A DNA stretch of 64,000 nucleotides from the human T2T-CHM13v2.0 reference genome, Homo sapiens (GCF_009914755.1 NC_060930.1); one strand, 5' to 3'. Counted from the first letter of the stretch, positions 48,249 through 61,730 are shown. Made by a program: numbers and translations. The notes: generated by a model from the sequence alone, not told the origin.

Positions 48249-48859
48249 TCACCTCCGTTTTTAAACTTGAATGACATGTACAACTCTTCCTTAATCCAGT
48301 TCTTTTTGTTTATCCATGTAGTTTCAAAGACTGAAAAGACATAACATCTTCTCTAATGGAGGAAGGTTGTGGTCACATGATGCTCTTACTATCAAGAAAT
48401 ACCATTTTCAAACAGAAAAATGCTAAACCCACCAGGCAATAAAAGAAAATTGTGCTTCAGTGGGGTAGTCCCCAGGGATCTATCATTAGTGAGGCAAGAT
48501 GACATGACAGACACAGGAAAAATGGAGAAGCACCAGTAAGAGGGGTCAGAGACAAGAGGGGCAGCCCCAGAAACACCACAAGAAGAAGCAGGAGTACTTC
48601 AGCCCAGTGGCTATTAGAGAAACATCTCACACAAAGTGTAGAGCGCATGATTTAGTGAATATTTGGAGAAACCACAAAAGATTTACATCAATTAAAATTC
48701 CACACTGTCTTTTCCATTCTGAGACACTTTCCCATCAGTGCCATTTTTCCTTGCTACAGCCTTTTAGAGGTGCAGCCTATTTTGTCTGTTCCTTTTTTTC
48801 AATTGCCATCAGTTTGAAAATCTTGCTAAATTCTCAGGATTGTGAAAATGCGAATCAGA

Positions 48860-49415
48860 TTGTACAACATATAAATAAGATCAAGTCACTCACTGTTTTA
48901 AAGTCTTCGTTGGTTTCCCATCAAACCTATAATCAAAACCTGAGTCCTACAAAGCCCTGGATGACCAGGTCTCTGACTCCTTATCCTCTCTCATCAATCA
49001 GTATTCACCCTTTTCCTCATCTTCTCAGCTGGAAGGGCCGTCTGGTTGGTCCCTACACATACCCAGAACACTCTAGCTCAGAGTTTCTGCATTTGCCTTT
49101 TCCTCAGCCTGGTCTGCCCCGGCTACAGATATCTGTAAAGCTTCTGCCTTATTTTATGCAGATATCTGCTCAAATATTACATCCTAAAGAGAACTTCTCT
49201 GATATTCTATATAAAACCACATTCTCATCCCAGGATTACTGTCTAGCCTCTTACCCTACCTTATTTTTCTTCATAGCATGTATCATTTCCAAACATTATA
49301 TTACATATGTAATTATTATCTGCCCCTCCGGCATCTAAGTCATTAAGGGTGAAGACTATGGTCTGGAACATAGTAGTAGGAACACATGAAAAGTGTATTG
49401 AATAAAGGAACAAAT
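48860..49415 (+). mobile_element. L2a 3' fragment
   Basis: ctacaaagccctggatgacc...atctgctcaaatattacatc...ttcttcatagcatgtatca...tattgaataaagg. Confidence 0.7.
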
Positions 49416-49858
49416 AGTTGTTATCACAAGTTGATTGTTTCTGATATTCCTGTAGACGGTACCAGAGTGCCCAACAGCTTTGCTAGTTTTCCTTTTTTCT
49501 CTGAGGGTGGAGCTCATTGAATTGAGCTCAATCCTCAATCTTTTGTTCTTTTCTGGACCTAGTAAGTTCCCATTTCTATGAAGAAGTCACTTACCTGTTG
49601 GGACTACAGGGAAGAAATTAAGAGGACAACCAGACAGCCACAATTAATTCATATTTCATATGCTTTCAAATCTGAGTGACTCAATGTTGCTTAGCTTCCC
49701 ATTTTGCAAGTGATTCACAAACACTTCCATCAAACTATCCCTTTTGCTGAGGAAAACGGACTTTTACCTTTGTATCTACTGTATCATGAAGTGGGCACAT
49801 AGGTCAAATCATTAGATGGGAATGCAGAATTTCTTGATATTTTGTATTTTATCTTTAA

Positions 49859-50202
<344 letters not shown>

Positions 50203-51501
50203 GGCATCTTTTAATTTCAGTTAAAAAAAATCTCCCTTCAATCATCCAGCAAAATTGCTCAGCCAGGAGGCTGTACCACATTAACTCCTGACTTGCAGTA
50301 GCCCCTGGCAAACCACCTGTACTCCTGTTATAACCATTTCCCATTAAGAGAGTATTTTTGCATAGGGGATAATGAACATGAAGACAGGAGACCTGTGTTC
50401 TTGTCCTAGCCTTAACATTCGTTTGCTGCTAGATCCTTGGCAAGTTAAACTCTCGGAGCTCCAACATTCTAATGTGTATCTTCCCTCTCAATGTTAAAAA
50501 AATAATTTCAAATCTCTAGTAGGTAATTGATCAACCTGTGAAGGAAAAACCTGCTGCTACCTGACACACTTTATTAAACACTGTAAAAGAGCATTGCTCA
50601 TGAGTATGTTTGGGTAAACTTTGTGAAAGCACGGTCATCATGTTTTTTGTTGGCACATGCCAAAATTTTGTTTAAGTAAGTAATGAGGACATTAACAGGA
50701 AGACAAAAGAGCTGATTTGGCAAGTACTTGAGAAATGAAGATTTACCTTGTCAGTAGGAAAGGAAATACTAAATTAGGTATAAGACTAGTGAGTAGAGTT
50801 AATTTCTCTCATAGTAAAAATTTATTATTTTCTGTCTGCTCTTTTTATCTACTGTGGGTTGATAATCAAATATCCTTTGGCAGAAAGCTGCATTTTCTTT
50901 GACATAGAAGCAGAAGAATCTAAGTAGATAACATTTTCCCTAGCAGGATATTTAAAAATCAAGCAACCATTACCTTGCCTTTTTCTGTGTTTTGAAGTAA
51001 ATTATTCTTTCACGTATCTAAAAGAAGCAAATGGAAGGAAGCTTCACATTGATTACACTTGCCAGAAGATTCCTTAAAACTTGCTTTTAGACACACTGGG
51101 ATTTCAGGAAGCTTTCAATTCTGATTGCAGATCTCATTAAGGATTCCAAAAATCTTGCATCTTAGCTGATCAATTCTAAGGTGAAATCCAGTTTTTAAAT
51201 TTGTTGTTGTGTGTACATGTCAGGAAAGTTCTGAAAATGTGAAGGTGAACTTCCAAAATCTGTCATTTATCAGTAAGCTCCATCTGACTGCTGTGTCCAC
51301 AGTTGACAGAGGAGGAAAAGGGCTTGATGGTTGTTGTTGTTATTTTTTTAAACTGTTCATTATCAAAATAATACAATTTCACTAAGAAAATTTTGAAAGA
51401 AAAAAATTGTCTAAAATAAAAATTTAGAGTAATACCCTTACTCTTCAATTTCATTCCCCATTGGTAGCCTCTGTTAATATTTTTGTGTATATCCCACTAT
51501 G

Positions 51502-51506
<5 letters not shown>

Positions 51507-51544
<38 letters not shown>
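51507..51544 (+). repeat. (CA)19 microsatellite within an L1ME-like fragment (~51310-51740, - strand)
   Basis: Directly counted; flanks aatgctgcatggtattccattgtatga...attgatgggca resemble an old L1 3' end. Confidence 0.95.
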
Positions 51545-51545
<1 letters not shown>

Positions 51546-51739
51546 TTTAACAAAGATGGGATCACACTATACAAGATTCTACAAGTTATTTTCTCACTAA
51601 CAATGTCTCCTTAACCCCTACTCATATCCGTGGATATAGATCTTTTGTCTAATGCTGCATGGTATTCCATTGTATGAACATGTTGTAATTTAAGTAGTCT
51701 TTTATTGATGGGCACAGAGGTGATTTCCAGTTTCACCAA

Positions 51740-51985
51740 GAGGTAGCTATCACAGTTGTTGAGAGCACAGGCCTTAGCATCAGACTGCGTGGGCTCATGA
51801 GCCCAGTTCCTCCACTTACTTACTTGGATAAACTACTTAATCTCCCTTACTCCAGTTATTTCAGCTGTAAAATGGAGAAAAAATTAGTGCTTGCTCTAAA
51901 AGACTATTATGAAGAGTTAATAGTTATAAAATGCTTAGAATAGTGCCCATTTCATAGTAAGTACTGTATAATAATTTTATATGAT
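51740..51985 (+). mobile_element. MIR SINE
   Basis: gagagcacaggcc...cagctgtaaaatggag...aaatgcttagaatagtgcc...catagtaagtact. Confidence 0.75.
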
Positions 51986-53076
51986 ATTTTTATCACTATA
52001 TACAATACTAAAATCCACTGATTTTATATGTATCTAAACTTCAACTTTTGATTGGGTCTGATTTGTTTGAGTACACAGAACAAATTCTTAATCTGGAATG
52101 CAAAGCCCACTGTAAGCTGGCCTCTGCCTATTTCTCCTATGCCTTCCCACACTCCAGCCACAGTGATTCTTCCTACACTTCTCTGAGTGCACAATACTGT
52201 GTTCTTTTCTGGAAATTGCACACACATTTCCCTCTCTTTGAATTCTGTTACATCCTTGTCTACCTTTTGAAGTCTCTGCATCTTTCAGAGCCAAGATCTT
52301 GGATCCCTATGTCTTTGAATTCTCCTTTGAACAAAGGATTTCTGATGATCCTTATTTTATATCACCATTTTGTACCCATTAGGGCACTTTTCATACTGCA
52401 GCTATGTGCTTACAAAGATGCCAAACACACCAGACCACAATAAATATGCAGAAAAGGGCTCTCACTCGCTCATTTCTATACAGCCCAACTGAATATAATG
52501 CCCAATACATTATGTGAATGCTTTCTGAATTAATAAAAGAACAATCTAAAACTGAAACTCTACTCACATTTTATCACAAGGCTGTTTCCTTAGGTGTGAA
52601 GGAGTGGTAAGGCTGGGAAAATGCATAGCTTCCAGGGATATGCTAAATCTTTCAATCACTTGGGACCTGTAAAGCACTCTAACATGAGTCATGTTTTATG
52701 AGTGCTAAATAAGTACTGAACTAGGAATAGGAAGATCCAGTTTCCAGCCATGGCCCTGTCATTCTGTGGTTATGTGATCTTAAGCTGGGCACTTGTGTTC
52801 ATAAACTAAAAATTGAAGGAGTGGCAAAGAATGGTATCTAATGCAAAGAATAAATGTAATGTCTAAGAGAAGATCTGACATGCTCAAGTTCATTGCAGCT
52901 TATTTCCTTATATAAACAGGTGTTTCTAGATCAGCAATGACACAATGAGCAATAATCCCCAGTGTCAAAACTCATTAAATGACTATTGTTTACAGAACAG
53001 ATTATCAGGTTTGAAGTTTCTCTTGAAAAATGAATGTGCCAACGTTTTCTCATGTTCCAAAAGAAATGTGTGAAAG

Positions 53077-54153
53077 TATCGGGGAACCTGCCCCAATAGT
53101 CATGTAGGTCCTTTTCTATTTTCCCTAAGTGTCGGCCAGGTTGAGAAATAAAGGGACAGAGCACAAAAGAGAGAAATTTTAAAGCTGGGCATCTGGGGGA
53201 GACATCACATGTTGGTAGGTTCTGTGATGTCCCACAAGCCACAAAACCAGTAAGTTTTTATTAGGGACTTTCAAAGAGGAGGGAGTGTACGAATAGGGTG
53301 TGGGTCACAAAGATCATGTACTTCACAAGGTAATAGAATATCACAAGGCAAATGGAGGCAGGGTGAGAACACAGGACCACAGGACCGGGGCAAAATTAAA
53401 ATTGCTAATGAAGTTTCGGGCACCATTGTCATTGATAACATCTTATCAGGAGACAGGGTTTGAGAGCAACCAGTCTGACCAAAATTTATTAGGCGTGAAT
53501 TTCCTCTTCCTAATAAGCCTGGGAGCGCTATGGGAGACTGGGATTTATTTCATCCCTACAGTTTCGACCATAGAAGATGGCCACACCCAAGGGGGCCATT
53601 TTAGAGACCCACCCTCAGGGGCATATTCTCTTTCTCAGGGATGTTCATTGCTGAGAAAATAATTCAGCGATATTTCTCCCATTTGCTTTTGAAAGAAGAG
53701 AAATATGGCTCTGTCCCGCCCGGCTCACTGGAGGTCAGAGTTTAAGGTTATCTCTCTTATTCCCTGAACAATTGCTGTTATACTGTTCTTTTTTCAAGGT
53801 GCCCAGATTTCATATTCTTCAAACACACATGCTCTACAATTTGTGCAGTTAACGCAATTATCACAGGGTCCTGAGGCAACATATATCCTCCTCAGCTTAC
53901 GAGATGACAGAATTAAGAGATTAAAGTAAAGACAGGCATAGGAAATCACAAGGATATTGATTGGGGAAGTGATAAGTGTCCATGAAAACTTCACAATTTG
54001 TGTTTAGAGATTGCAGTAAAGACAGGCATAAGAAATTATAAAAGTATTAATTTGGGGGAACTAATAAATGTCCATGAAATCTTCACAATCCATGTTCTTC
54101 TGCCATGGCTTCAGCTGGTCCCTCCGTTTGGGGGTCCCTGACTTCCCGCAACA
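53077..54153 (-). mobile_element. MER11 (MER11B/C; HERV-K11/HML-8) solo LTR
   Basis: tatcggggaacctgcccc...gtccctgacttcccgcaaca, ~1.08 kb; perfect 6-bp TSD tgaaag (53071-53076 / 54154-54159). Confidence 0.95.
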
Positions 54154-54968
54154 TGAAAGGGTATTCCCTGGACCCCTAAATAGCACGATTTAAACTGCAT
54201 TATATTTTACCAAAATTGTGGCTTAATTCAGGTCTAAATGATTACTGTTTACAAACTCAGCTGTATGTGTGTACAGTCTGTTGGCTGTAGGATTAAGAAA
54301 TCTTGATATTTATAAACATTTTAGAATTCAAGATGCCAAGTAGTTTTGTTCTAATTTAATAAAAACAGATCTAATAAAATTGTTAAGAAAAACCTTATTT
54401 TTCTTTACTCTAGATCATGATTATGGATGGATAAATCCCAAACAGAAAGATGATGTAGTGAATTTTAAAATTTTATTTTGTCAACTAATTTAATGTGGTT
54501 GTACTGTTTTGATTGAGCAGAAACTGCAGAATTAAATTCTTTTACAATAAATTTTCACAGTGTCTGAGAATGTTATGCTGAGAGGCACCCCTTCTTGGGT
54601 TGGGGAAGTATCACTCACACAGTGCCTGAGAGATTTGTTGAACATCTGCTACATGCCGACCCAAATGTTTTACAACTATAATTTTATTATCAGTGAACAC
54701 TTAAATCAGTGTTATGTGGACATGTTAAAATTATTGGCAGTTTATGGATGAGGGCAATTAAACCCAGAATAGTCAGTAAAAGTTAATATTTTAGCCCGGC
54801 TGTTCGGGTCAAAGGCTATGCTCTCTGTGTAACACCACACCACCATCACCAACTGAAATGTAGCTAAAAAGGCAGCATTTGGGCTGTGCTTCTGGAAGGG
54901 ACTGAAGTGAAGGCTGATATAAGCAGAGCACCAGGGAAGTCAGAGGACATATGAACAGTGCCCTAGTG

Positions 54969-55134
54969 CAGTGCTTTTCAAATATTAACATGCAGACAGA
55001 TCACTTGAGTATGTTGCTGAGTTGCAGAGTATGATTTAATAGGTTTGGGCAAGGGCCTGAGATCTTGCTATTCTAACAGTTCCCCCGTGATGCAAATATT
55101 GCCGAGTCTCGGACTATGCTTTTGAGTAGTCAGG
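54969..55134. mobile_element. MER5A/B MITE
   Basis: cagtgcttttcaaa...taggtttgggcaagggcctgagatc...ttctaacagttcccccgtgatgc...tttgagtag. Confidence 0.75.
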
Positions 55135-57988
55135 CACTAACGAAAGAATGACTGGTTCAGTACCATGGACAGTGGAACAGGTGGGCCACCACTACCATCT
55201 TCTCTCATTTCAGTCAAATCTCTATTATCTTCTACAGGTAGATTCTTGCAACAAAAACAGTCAAAATCTTTAAAAAGTAATTTTTGGATTTCTATAAGCT
55301 ACTTGGTGATTATCCTTCAACAGGCACAAATCTGTTCAGAGGAAAGAACTGGGCTTTGGAAGGGAGAGAGTATGGCTCCTTTCACATTTCTAAATGGTAC
55401 GCTGCCAGTGCCCCTCAGGCAAAAAGAATCTAATCAGGTTTATTATCTAACAAGGAGGTATCTGATTATCTAATATAGATGATTCTGTATCTAATACAGA
55501 ATTTATAAATATTTAAGTAGTCGTATCAGCCTCAACATTATAAAACATCAATCTGAGAGGGGTTAGCACTGTTACTTGCACATTTAATGAACAGAAAAGA
55601 AATTAGCAACATCTTTCTGCTGTGAAATCCACTGAACTATTAGTCAATTGCACATAATGAGAAAGAAAACATGAAAAGTATGACAAAGTGCTATTCAAAA
55701 TCACGGTGAAATAAAAATGACCTTAAAATTTTATTTTTAAATATATTTCCTCTACCTTTTTCTTTATCCTATATTCCTCCCCCTATTTACTTATTTCAAG
55801 AATAAAGTCAGAAAGTTCATTTTCTTTATTGACTTTACCCTCTACTTTGAAAAAGCACCCATGGCTGCTAGCAGAAATACTACAGGGGTTTTAAGACTAT
55901 CAATCTATTTCACATCAAGAACAAAGCCATTCAGATAAAAATCTAGCAAACAATTCTATTTTTTCCCATTGAAGACATTTTTATTTTCTGTTTAAGGATC
56001 CCTTCTCAGGCCTAAAAATGCTATGGGCTACATTTAAGGCAAGAGGAAATGAATATAATCCCACACAAATTTTCTAATAGCCCTTCTCTTAGCCTTGTTA
56101 CATGACCTCTTAAGAATACTCATTCTTTTTCATTTCAACGTATGTTTCCAAAATTAATTCATTAAATATGAATTGCCATCCATCAGACTTTTATAATACT
56201 ATACCAAGAGTGAAAATGTTGATCTTCATATTTTGACCTTTTTTCATGTTAATTCTTGATTCCAGAGGAAGAGCCTTTTTTTGATGATGTTAATTGCATT
56301 AAAACAAGTTTGATGTGAGTGTATATATGTTCAATCACATATGTATTGAGGATCTGTGACTTGTAGGAAGAATATTATACACATCATTTCATTCAATTTT
56401 CACAACACTTTGAAATAGATACTTTGTTCCTACTTAAGGGATGGGAGAAATGAGGTACCAAGTCCCTCTGTTAGTAGGTGGTGGAGCTTGGATTACAGGA
56501 CACTTGGATTACTCTCTTTCTACTATGCACTCTTATAAGATGGGCTTGTTCTAGTGGAAATTTACATATCTCATATAGACACAGCAAAAAATATTATGTG
56601 TGAAGTGCAGTGCTACTTGATGGCGAGAAGTAGAAAATAGTTGACTTCTATCCATTATTTCCAAAGCCGATGTGTAGCTGAATTCAAAATCCATTACTGG
56701 CATGGTATATTCACTGTCAGATGGGAAGATATTGGCCATTAGTAAGGATAAATAATTTACCTGAGATTCCCTTGAGCACTCAAGGTCAGGGAAAATTTAT
56801 AACTAATGTGTTGAGAGTTGCTCGGACTACTGAATTGCAAATAATCCTCTATTTACAGGCCATTTTACCCGCCTCTTCTGAGACTAATAGTAATTATTTT
56901 AAAAAGAAATCTAAATAATTCCCTTTTGGTGATTTTACTTAGTCTATCTTTCTTCTTTTTTGGTAAATCACTAAAATCTGAGTTCATAGTTCATAAATGA
57001 GGAAGCATCAATATCTGTGGCCTTAAGAATGTGCTTATTCCTTTTTTCATGGCTCTCATCAGTCTCTTTTTGAGGACGGCTCAGTCACTCAATGCTTAAA
57101 ATGGCTAGATGACCATTTTAAACGTTTTACCATGGGTCTTAGAGAGGATGTCACCTCAAATGATCTATGGACTATGAGCCTATTCCTATTACTCACTCCT
57201 TAGATAGTGAGGGGAACCAGGAGGTGTTTCCTCTCAGGAGCTTTACAGACAATGTGGCTTCAGGGTGTTTCTTTATAAAATGTAGAGGTAACTAGGAAGA
57301 GGGCCCAATGGAAGCACACTCCTTTGATATGGTGCTTGACAAACACATTTAAGAAAACCTAAGAGAATTGAGCAGGTGGCTGTGGGCTAGAATACTAGAT
57401 GCAGGTGGGGTAAAAATAAAACCACAGATGGTTTATAAAGGTGACTCATCCTTCCCCCACCGTAACTCCTTTAGTTTTCTTTTCTTTCTTTTTATAAAAC
57501 ATTTTGATTGTGACATCTCCACTAAAAGTGCCCAATCTCTAAATTCTTCTAGTCAAGGCAAGAAGGTTATACCACAGGAAATCCATTTCTACAGTCTCTT
57601 CTCATTGCCATATCTGATTTTAAAGACTTTTTTTTCTAATGTGGAAATTTTTGCATGGCTCTCCCCCACCCCCCAAACACGGATTTTATACCCCCCCAGA
57701 AGCAAACTTTTCTTGAAAACGAGATAAACAGATCACACGCCGAAATAAACAAATACACTGCACCAGAATATCATACTTGCCTTCTATCACTTAAAACAGA
57801 TCCAGGGGACACAAGCATAGCACACACCTTGTGCATGCGGCTGGCCTGCACAGGGGGTGGTTGGAATATCCGGTAATTAGTTTTACATGAAACTTTACTT
57901 ACGGAATTGGCCTGCATATATACAGTCATCACCGTCTTTGCCGAATTAGAGACGACATATTTTACTCTGTGAACAGGCCAGTCTCCAC

Positions 57989-59101
57989 TCACTGGATGTT
58001 TGGGGTCAAGGAGGAGTAACCTGAACCTCTCGTTGGCTTTGATGTTTGGAGTCGAACATCCGCACTGCTCATCGAAGACCCCCGTGCTTCAGTTCCCTCT
58101 GTCTTCCATTTCCCCCGCCCATGGTTCTCGCCCCCCCAAGCCGTTCTCCGGAACCCCTTGCCGGGCCGGCGGGAAGCGTGGACGGAGCGGGCCTTGGCCG
58201 CGTCTTTTCCGGCCAGGTTTGGTTTAGCTCGCGCAGCGCCCGCGCAGCCCGCCAGGGGGACCCCGGCCCGCCGGGCGGCATCTGAGGAGAAAGCGTCCGA
58301 GGGGCGTGGAGCCAGGGTCCTGCGGTGCCTGCTCCGGGAATACTGCGAGTCGGCTGGAGCTCCCCAGCCGCTCCGGAGAACTGGGGGAGCCGGGTCCCTG
58401 GCTCGGTAACCGGTGGTCCCGCGGTAGCTAGAGGCGGGCCCCACGGGTGGGTGTGTCCGTTTCCGCACGCCAGCCTTCCAGCCCGGGAAGAGCGCCTGCA
58501 AGCGGGTACTTTGTTCCCAAAGATGGGTTTTGTCTGCGGGTGATTTGGGCTCTCGAAGTGCAACTTTGTGGCCGGGACGCGGATCGGCCGGCCTGGGCTC
58601 CTGCAGAGCAGATCCTGTCTGCGTCCTCCAGGAGGAGTGGGTGGCAGGACTGGGGTTTCCCACAGGTTTTGGGGCGGCGGCGAGATTGGCACGGTCCGGG
58701 GTCGCAGGCGCGCAGCCACGCCCCTGGAAGTCCGCCCCGGCCCCCGCCCCCAACCCGCCTCTTCGGGGCTTTATGGCGTGAGGTTTGGGGCTGGGATCCA
58801 TCTGGAGCCGAGCAGAAAACTTTTCCCCTCCCGTTCCCGGTCCCTTTTGTCTTTCTTGGACGCGGTGGCGGCGCCGCCTGAGCGGCGACTCCCTCTCCCC
58901 TGCCCGGCTTGCTGCGCCCGGTGCCCTCCGAGGGCAGGCGCGCCTGGACTCTGCGCCCGGATGGCGGCGGCCCTCTGTGAGCACCGGCAGCGGCGCATCC
59001 CCTGCCCCGAGGCCTCCGGTGCCCCCCCGGCGCGGGCATAGGGGCGCCCCCACCCTCCGTCCGCTTGCACCCCTTGCCACCCGCCCCCTCGCCTGACTCA
59101 T
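57989..59101 (-). ncRNA. FRMD6-AS1: Divergent antisense transcript region with a 370-codon GC-rich ORF (putative FRMD6-AS1 / C14orf82)
   Basis: Longest non-TE ORF in the window (MSQARGRVARGASGRRVGAPLCPRR...). Resembles my recollection of the putative FRMD6-AS1 protein, unverified; coordinates are the ORF only and coding status is doubtful. Confidence 0.5.
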
Positions 59102-59600
59102 CCGCCCGCGGTGGCCGCCCGAGCCCTGGGATGGGGAGGGAGACCGCGGCTGCCCGCGGCGGCCGAGATTCCCGCTGACGCCCCCGACCCTGCCGCCTTC
59201 TTCGTCCGCCTCCAGAGGCGCCCGACGTCCCGACAGCTCCTGGAGTGAGACCAGGACTGAGAACAGGGAGAGGCGACCCGACCCCCAGGGCCCGGTGCTC
59301 AGGACAGGTGAGGGGAAGGAAAGGGTGCTGACGGGAGTGGGGAGGTGGGTGGGCGGCCACCGCAGCCGAAACCGGGCACTTCTTCAGCCCTCTGCCCTCC
59401 CCTCCCCTCCGCTACAGCCTCCAGAGTTAGGTAAACGCTGTCTCTCCTAAAGTTTGGGAAATAAACCAAGTCCGCCATCAGGTCCAGACTCCCCAGTCCC
59501 GGGAGCGCGAGAGAAGCCGTGCGGGGCAGCCTCCAAGAACCCGGAGTACTGGAGCGCCTGGCTGGGTTTCTCCAAGCAACACCCTCCTTTGTCTCGGTTC
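58050..59600. promoter_or_regulatory. CpG island, probable bidirectional promoter
   Basis: Abrupt switch to very GC- and CpG-rich, TE-free sequence; GC boxes (58731-58751, 59101-59107), inverted CCAAT (~58685), AP-1 TGACTCA 59094-59100, no obvious TATA box. Confidence 0.95.
59150..59307 (+). other. FRMD6: Probable non-coding first exon with 5' splice donor CAG|GTGAGG (tentatively FRMD6)
   Basis: Strong donor at 59307/59308 near the 3' side of the CpG island, followed by intronic G-runs; start approximate; gene name from memory only. Confidence 0.55.
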
Positions 59601-61559
59601 CTGAGAGTCAGCATTCTCTGTAATGTCCACAGCGTTAATTCATGATTGAGCAAAGTATGGTCAGGGTTTCGTAAAGCAGTATCTGGATGGGGTAGAATCT
59701 ACACAGGCAAAATGGAGAGGCAAAGCAATTATTTGCAAAATTCAGCACTACTCTTCTCCCTGTAGTCTTGTCTGTAAGAGAAAGGACTGAGGGCTTCTAA
59801 GATTTGCTTCATTAATCATTCTTTTGCTATAAATTGTTCCAGCCAACACTTCACATTGTGTAGGCGCAAGCTCTCTGTGTGTATTTACCGCTGTTTGATT
59901 TAGAAAAATGTGTGTGTGTTTGTGTGTTTTTTTTAAATAACAATTCATTGTTCAGTACCGGGCATTGGTAATGTCGGAGAGAAAGGCAGATGCAGCACAT
60001 ACAGGTAATTGACTAATTGGAATCAGCCTTAGTCCGGTCCACCTTAGTCTGGTGTATTTAAAAACTAAATATGTTGGACTAAAGTGTCTCTTGCCTTGTC
60101 TCTTCTGAATACCTTCAGAAGTAGTTATGGACAACTGCATAGAAAACATTTCAAGAATCGATGATTATTCTTGTTTATAAGAAAGAATATTGAACTCTCG
60201 GTTTTGCAATCAAACCAAGTTTGAGGCACACTTTCTATAGTGCTGTATGCATAAATATTACCAGAGCTTGTGAAAGCTATTTACTTTGTCGTTTCTTGAA
60301 TTATGGAACACTTATAAAAAGACCTTCAATTTGTTATTTGGCTACTGATACTAGAAAGCATTATCATTTTGTGAAAAGTAGACTAAATTTTGAAACTTTT
60401 TAAACCTTACTTTATTTTCCCACTGTTTACCTACACAGAAGTATGTAGTTGTAGTTTCATTCTTTATAAACACCTCAAGTGAAGAATAGAAGTCCTTCTA
60501 AACAGAAAATAATGCTTCCATTAAGTGGAAACTATAGTTAAATGCTTTGACAATTTAACAGTATGATTTTTTTACTGTAAAAAACACACACTGAGGTGTT
60601 TAGAATGATTTTTTAACCAAGTCCTACTAGATAGCTCATAATTATGAGATAATGTAACTATAATTTGTAACCCTGGTTATAATTAGCTTTGTATCTGGGC
60701 TGGGAAAGCCTTCATTAGAGTTGTATGGAAAGTCCCTGTAGGTAAATTCCAGGCAGTTAGCACAGAAAGGCTTCACCTGTTGCCTTTGAGGCAGGTCTAG
60801 GTAAATGCTGTAGTGTCTGAAGACACCCGTAATCAGAAGGGATTCTTCAGGAAAGATCATTGTAAAGAGGGATGGCTGTACTTGTTATTTTAACTTAGTG
60901 GAATTTTTAGTGAAGCTTTTGAATACTACAGGAGTTAGATTGTTATATTTGGACTTGTGTAGCTTCAGAATTTTGACAATAGCTCATTGGCCAGAAAAGG
61001 ATAACTACTGACATATAGAGGGAACGGATCTGAACTGATTGGTTAAATGCTGTACTTCTCATGATGACTCTTAGCATAAAGGAAAGAAATTCATATTTAG
61101 CTTAGGAAGATAGATAAGAACAAAGATAAAAGCAAATGTCAACTTTTACATTTCTTAAGCAAAATTAGTAGAGGATAAAAAATAAGCCCTTGTAGTCATA
61201 CACGTTACTTATCAAATAGAGGGTAGAATTTAAAAGAGGAAAAATAACTTGTGCAGCAACAGAAATCCAAACCTGCAATGAGATGGACCTCATTTTATTA
61301 AGGAATGTATATCTGATTTACAGTTTTATCAAGCAGATCCACTTGTTCCTGGACTTACGCTATGTTTTGTCTGCTGAGATCTGATATGTGCTCAAACACT
61401 CAGAAAACATCAGTGAGTGCTTATTGTGGTGTCATGCTAGCTACCCTTCCAGGCCTTTTCTATGGGCTTATAGGCTGATGGAGAGGGGACTGATAAATGT
61501 ACCACAGATCACCTGGCAGCTGAGGTGGTCTGAGAGCAGCAGGGGACCAGTGCAGACTG

Positions 61560-61730
61560 GGAAGCAGCATAGTGGGTTGCAGAGGGACCTGGATGGGGAG
61601 TTGTCATCTTGACTGAGTCACTAATTAGGTGGCTGTGGGTAAGTGGCTAAGTTCCTCCACCTTTCTGCTCCTTGGTGCCCTTATCTGCAGAATGAGGGCT
61701 TTGGACTGACGATCTTTATGGTCTCTCTTT
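61560..61730 (+). mobile_element. MIR (MIR3/MIRc-like)
   Basis: ccttatctgcagaatgagggctttggactgacgatctttatggtc. Confidence 0.6.

Noticed and set aside
48607-49338. 243-aa ORF
   Set aside because: Non-ATG (GTG) start, runs through a decayed L2 3' end, no domain
51790-51805. 16-bp perfect palindrome tgggctcatgagccca
   Set aside because: About one is expected by chance in 64 kb, and it lies within a MIR
53924-54090. Imperfect tandem duplication (agtaaagacaggcata...cttcacaat)
   Set aside because: Recalled as intrinsic to the MER11 LTR consensus
55482-55502. 9-bp stem hairpin attctgtat-cta-atacagaat
   Set aside because: AT-rich and short, compatible with chance; no terminator meaning in a mammalian genome
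56606-56626. CTCF-like gtgctacttgatggcga
   Set aside because: Two mismatches at high-information core positions
58428-59360. 310-aa ORF and other overlapping CpG-island ORFs
   Set aside because: Low-complexity G/R/P/A products in several frames at once, explained by stop-codon depletion in GC-rich DNA
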